Assembly: GCA_038128265.1 (NCBI GenBank)
Contig: JAYPJE010000019.1
Coordinates: 10,937 to 74,936 of the forward strand
Direction of reading: 5' to 3'
DNA from: Gemmatimonadota bacterium
GTDB lineage: Bacteria > Latescibacterota > UBA2968 > UBA8231
Length of the DNA: 64,000 nucleotides
The translations under genes were made by a program, and so were the position numbers. This document shows, one piece after another, positions 60,649 to 64,000 of this stretch (position 1 is its first letter; each line of letters begins with the position of its first letter). Under the pieces are notes generated by a model. That model worked only from the letters and a program-made list of their open reading frames with translations, was not told the origin of the DNA and searched no databases.

Positions 60649-61824
60649 ATGCCCTCCCAATCTGCCATGCGATACGGCTGCAATCCCAACCAGCACACGG
60701 CGCGTTTCTACATGCGCGAAGGCGGCGATCTACCGCTGGAAATTCTCAACGGTGCGCCCAGCTATATCAACCTGATGGACGCGCTCAACGCCTGGCCGCT
60801 AGTGCGCGAACTCAAGCAGACGCTCGACCTGCCGGCCGCCGCCTCGTTTAAGCACGTCTCCCCGGCCGGTGCGGCCGTAGCGGTTCCACTCACCGACGCA
60901 TTGGCCGCCTCCTACTTTGTAGACGACCTGGAGCTGTCGCCGCTGGCCACAGCCTATGCCAGAGCGCGCGGAGCCGACCGCTTGGCCTCCTTTGGCGACT
61001 GGGTCGCACTCAGCGACGTAGTCGACGTGCCCACAGCGCGCATCATACAGCGCGAAGTGTCCGACGGAGTGATCGCCCCCGGCTACGAACCCGAGGCGCT
61101 AGCGCTGCTCAAGAGCAAGAAAAACGGCGCCTATCCCGTCTTTCAAATCGACCCCAGCTACGAGCCGGCGCCCGTCGAAACACGCGAAGTCTTCGGCATC
61201 ACCCTCGAGCAGACGCACAACGACTTCATGCCCGACGACGCCTTTTTCAGCAATGTGGTCAGCCAGCGCACGGCGCTCTCCGCTGCGGCACGACGCGACC
61301 TAACCGTGGCCACCATCGCCGTTAAATACACCCAGTCCAACTCCGTCACCTTAGCCCTAGACGGCCAGGTTATCGGCAGCGGTGCCGGCCAGCAGTCGCG
61401 CGTGCACTGCGTGCGCCTGGCCTGTTCAAAGGTCGATAACTGGTACCTGCGCCAGCACCCGAGCGTGCAGTCGATGCAGTTTAAAAAGGGCGTGCGCCGC
61501 GCCGAGCGCGTCAACGCCATCGATATCTATTTGCAGGAGGAAGCGACGCCGGCTGAGCTAGCGGCGTGGGAAGCCCAGTTTAGCACCGTGCCCCAGCGCC
61601 TCAGCAGCGAGGAAAAGCGCGCCTGGCTCGACGGGTTAAAAGACGTCGCCCTGAGCTCCGACGCCTTTTTTCCGTTTCGCGACAACATCGACCGCGCCGC
61701 GCGCTCCGGCGTCGAGTACATCGTGCAAGCCGGCGGTTCGGTGCGCGACGACCTAGTCGTCGAAGCCGTCGACGAGTACGGCATGCTGATGATCAACTCG
61801 GGCGTGCGCCTTTTCCACCACTAA
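60649..61824 (+). CDS. purH: AICAR formyltransferase (PurH C-terminal domain only, no IMP cyclohydrolase domain)
   Basis: RYGCNPNQ, SYINLMDA, FKHVSPAG, SFGD, KYTQSN, GAGQQSRV, SSDAFFPFRD, RLFHH; AGGAG RBS. Confidence 0.9.
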   Translation: MPSQSAMRYGCNPNQHTARFYMREGGDLPLEILNGAPSYINLMDALNAWPLVRELKQTLDLPAAASFKHVSPAGAAVAVPLTDALAASYFVDDLELSPLATAYARARGADRLASFGDWVALSDVVDVPTARIIQREVSDGVIAPGYEPEALALLKSKKNGAYPVFQIDPSYEPAPVETREVFGITLEQTHNDFMPDDAFFSNVVSQRTALSAAARRDLTVATIAVKYTQSNSVTLALDGQVIGSGAGQQSRVHCVRLACSKVDNWYLRQHPSVQSMQFKKGVRRAERVNAIDIYLQEEATPAELAAWEAQFSTVPQRLSSEEKRAWLDGLKDVALSSDAFFPFRDNIDRAARSGVEYIVQAGGSVRDDLVVEAVDEYGMLMINSGVRLFHH

Positions 61825-61888
61825 TAGAAAAACCCGGCCGTCAGAGACTCAGCCAGGTCCAATCTACGCACGCCCTGTGACCGTTCAC

Positions 61889-63850
61889 CTAGCGGCGGAC
61901 CGCCACGGCGCCAAAGTTGTCGGCAAAGAGAAAAAAGTCGCTCAGGCGCACGGCTCCATCGCCGTCTAGGTCAAAGCGCGCGTCAAATACGGCGTCTGCG
62001 CTGTTCGTGCCAAATGCGTCGGCAAAGAGAAAAAAGTCGTCCAGATCCACGTCGAGATCGCCGTCGAATAGACCGCTCACTTCGTTGCCCTCTGCGTCGA
62101 CCCCTACCACAGATAGCGCCACTCGACGCGCTCCGTCGGCGGCGCTGCCGGGTTCGATATTGGCAATCCGCCAGTTGTCGGCATCGGCGACGATAATCTG
62201 GTACGCGTAGTTATTGCCTAGCTCCACGAAGTCGACAAAGCGGTCCGTGCCGGGTGGGAATACGCCTATTTCGCGATACAATCCGCTGTTTTGCGAACGC
62301 ATCAGGCGATAGCCCTCAATTCCGTCGCGGGCAATGACCTGCTCGCCAAACGGCACGAAGTAGCGCATGCCATCTTCCGGCACGAGTTCCCAGCTCAATT
62401 CGATGAATGCCACCGGTTTGGCAGCCGATTTGCCCTGGCCCAGAAGAACGGCGCGCAGCCCCTCCACTGGCGTGGGGGGAATGTTGTCGCGGCCGGCAAT
62501 GCGCTCGGCGCTCACGGTTAGGTCAGACATCTCTGTAGGTGAGGGCCATTTGCCCGTGTTCAGCGTCGCCACGCCAACGACCGAACGCACCCGCACCTCC
62601 ACCGTTATATCGGTATTGCGGCCGTCGGTATATAGCCAAGAACTGGCCGTCGCATCACGCGCTACAACGGTGGGTGGACCGGCCAACATGGCGCGCCCCC
62701 CTAGCAGGGTGAAGTGCACCTCGCTGGTATCATCGACTGCGCGCTTATCCGTTGCGTCAAATAGATGGGCCTTTACTTCCAGATAACCCGGACGCCCAGC
62801 ACTTTCTATAAACTCAAGCGTCGTGCGCACGGTCGGTGAAACTACGCGGATCGTCTTTTCCACCGGCTCCAGTCCATCCAACTCGGCGCGCACGACAAGC
62901 GTGATGCCCGGATTGAGGGCAAAACCGGCGCGGGCAACGCCTCCGCTGGCCGTGGCAACGGCCGTCTGCTCGACGTCACCGCTCAGGACAAAGCGCACCA
63001 GGCTGTGGTCGTTGGTATGCATCAGCCGCCCCTGCGCATCGTACAGTCCGGCGGTCATCTCCAGCTGAACCAAGCCATCGGCACGCAGCTCTTCGCTGCC
63101 GCGCTCCAAGCGTATGTGGTAGGGAATGACGCCATCGACGCGTCCGGCCGACAGCGCGGCGATATCGCCCATCTCGCGGACAAACGTGTCGAGCACAGCG
63201 CCCGTCTGGCCGTCCATTTCCACGATAGCACCGCTGCGGAAATCGCCGACAAAGAGGCGCGAGCCCTGCGCGGCGACCCCCGTCGGCACGGTGCTGGGTG
63301 ACGGCCACTCATTCAGCAGCTGGCCGCTCTCGCCGTCAATCTCAAAAATAAGCGAAGGCCGAATGCGACTGGCGTACAGGCGTCCTTGGCTAACTCCCAT
63401 ACCACCAATGATATCGACGCCCGGCGAGAGCTCGCGCAGCACGGACCCATCGAATGGATCAAGAGCGTAAATCGTGTCCGTCAAAAAGTCGAGCGCATAG
63501 AGCACGCCGTCGTCATAAGCCAGCCCGTCGATGCTGCCTGGCGGCGAAGGCATGCTGTGCCAAATGGCACCGCTCTCGGCACCTACTTCATAAATGCGCC
63601 GATCCGGATCGGTCGAGTCGACAATGTAGACGGCATGTCCGTTGTAGGCCATGCCGCAGGCACCCTCCGGCTTGCATAGCACCGGTGACGGGTAGCGCGC
63701 CTGCTCGGCGCCGCTTTCTAAATCGATGCGCACGATCTGCGAGAAACGCGCATCGAGACCAAATAGGGCATCTTGCTGCGCACGGAGCGGTCCCACAAGC
63801 AACATCAGCACCATGCCAAGTCGCAACACAAAATGGGGTAGCCGTTCCAT
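61889..63850 (-). CDS. Secreted multidomain protein: beta-propeller repeats, Ig/invasin-like and FN3-like domains, duplicated EF-hand/dockerin-like tail
   Basis: Signal peptide; repeats GMAYNG/GLAYDDG/GMGVSQG/GVAAQG; tail DGDLDVDLDDFFLFADAFG...DLDGDGAVRLSDFFLFADNFG; alternative GTG start at 63862. Confidence 0.72.
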   Translation of the reverse strand: MERLPHFVLRLGMVLMLLVGPLRAQQDALFGLDARFSQIVRIDLESGAEQARYPSPVLCKPEGACGMAYNGHAVYIVDSTDPDRRIYEVGAESGAIWHSMPSPPGSIDGLAYDDGVLYALDFLTDTIYALDPFDGSVLRELSPGVDIIGGMGVSQGRLYASRIRPSLIFEIDGESGQLLNEWPSPSTVPTGVAAQGSRLFVGDFRSGAIVEMDGQTGAVLDTFVREMGDIAALSAGRVDGVIPYHIRLERGSEELRADGLVQLEMTAGLYDAQGRLMHTNDHSLVRFVLSGDVEQTAVATASGGVARAGFALNPGITLVVRAELDGLEPVEKTIRVVSPTVRTTLEFIESAGRPGYLEVKAHLFDATDKRAVDDTSEVHFTLLGGRAMLAGPPTVVARDATASSWLYTDGRNTDITVEVRVRSVVGVATLNTGKWPSPTEMSDLTVSAERIAGRDNIPPTPVEGLRAVLLGQGKSAAKPVAFIELSWELVPEDGMRYFVPFGEQVIARDGIEGYRLMRSQNSGLYREIGVFPPGTDRFVDFVELGNNYAYQIIVADADNWRIANIEPGSAADGARRVALSVVGVDAEGNEVSGLFDGDLDVDLDDFFLFADAFGTNSADAVFDARFDLDGDGAVRLSDFFLFADNFGAVAVRR

Positions 63851-64000
63851 ACCGTTTCTCACAGAAAATGTAAGCGCCGTTCACATCGAGAAACGGCGCT
63901 GGCACAATTATCCAAAAGCGTGATCTACAAAATAAGCGCATCTAACGCAAGAGGAGGGCCTTTCGCACCTGCACGACGTCTCCGGCCTGGAGTCGGATCA

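Overview
A 64-kb, GC-rich, gene-dense bacterial chromosomal window with about 55 CDS. I saw no rRNA, tRNA, CRISPR array, transposase or prophage. The C-terminal tags on secreted proteins (FlgD/T9SS-type-A-like tail, 'TAVE..SWG.VK' tail, duplicated 'DFFLFADxFG' tail) and the short RpoD-type sigma suggest an FCB-group candidate phylum such as Ca. Latescibacterota; this is inference only. (1) 1-12 kb is a light/photo-oxidative-stress island: DUF1295, CFA-synthase-like methyltransferase, photolyase, SnoaL protein, an RpoD-like sigma factor, two B12-dependent CarH/LitR photoreceptors, fasciclin, MBOAT, and a TonB receptor plus lipoprotein. Triple 11-bp direct-repeat operators sit over the -35 boxes of the sigma operon and the fasciclin gene. 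(2) 12-46 kb holds mixed metabolism: HDAC, TIGR01777, aminotransferase, methyl/acetyltransferases, a GSDH-diheme cytochrome c fusion, a sigma54-driven pspA, trmH, galETK, SRAP, two different fatty-acid desaturases (one with an 18-residue-repeat tail), sugar enzymes, ppk1 and a GlmU-like protein. (3) An 851-aa orphan with an acidic tract. (4) 49-57.7 kb is a divergent seven-gene envelope export locus: ABC ATPase, small periplasmic protein, two ABC-2 permeases, TolC, and two paralogous C-terminally anchored proteins with an adaptor-like N-terminal hairpin and Ig-like/NEW3 domains. It has no classical membrane-fusion protein and is my best candidate for an undescribed system. (5) A UvrB/C-motif protein, dapAB, an AICAR-transformylase-only purH and a secreted beta-propeller protein. 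All family assignments come from motif recognition by eye, not database searches.
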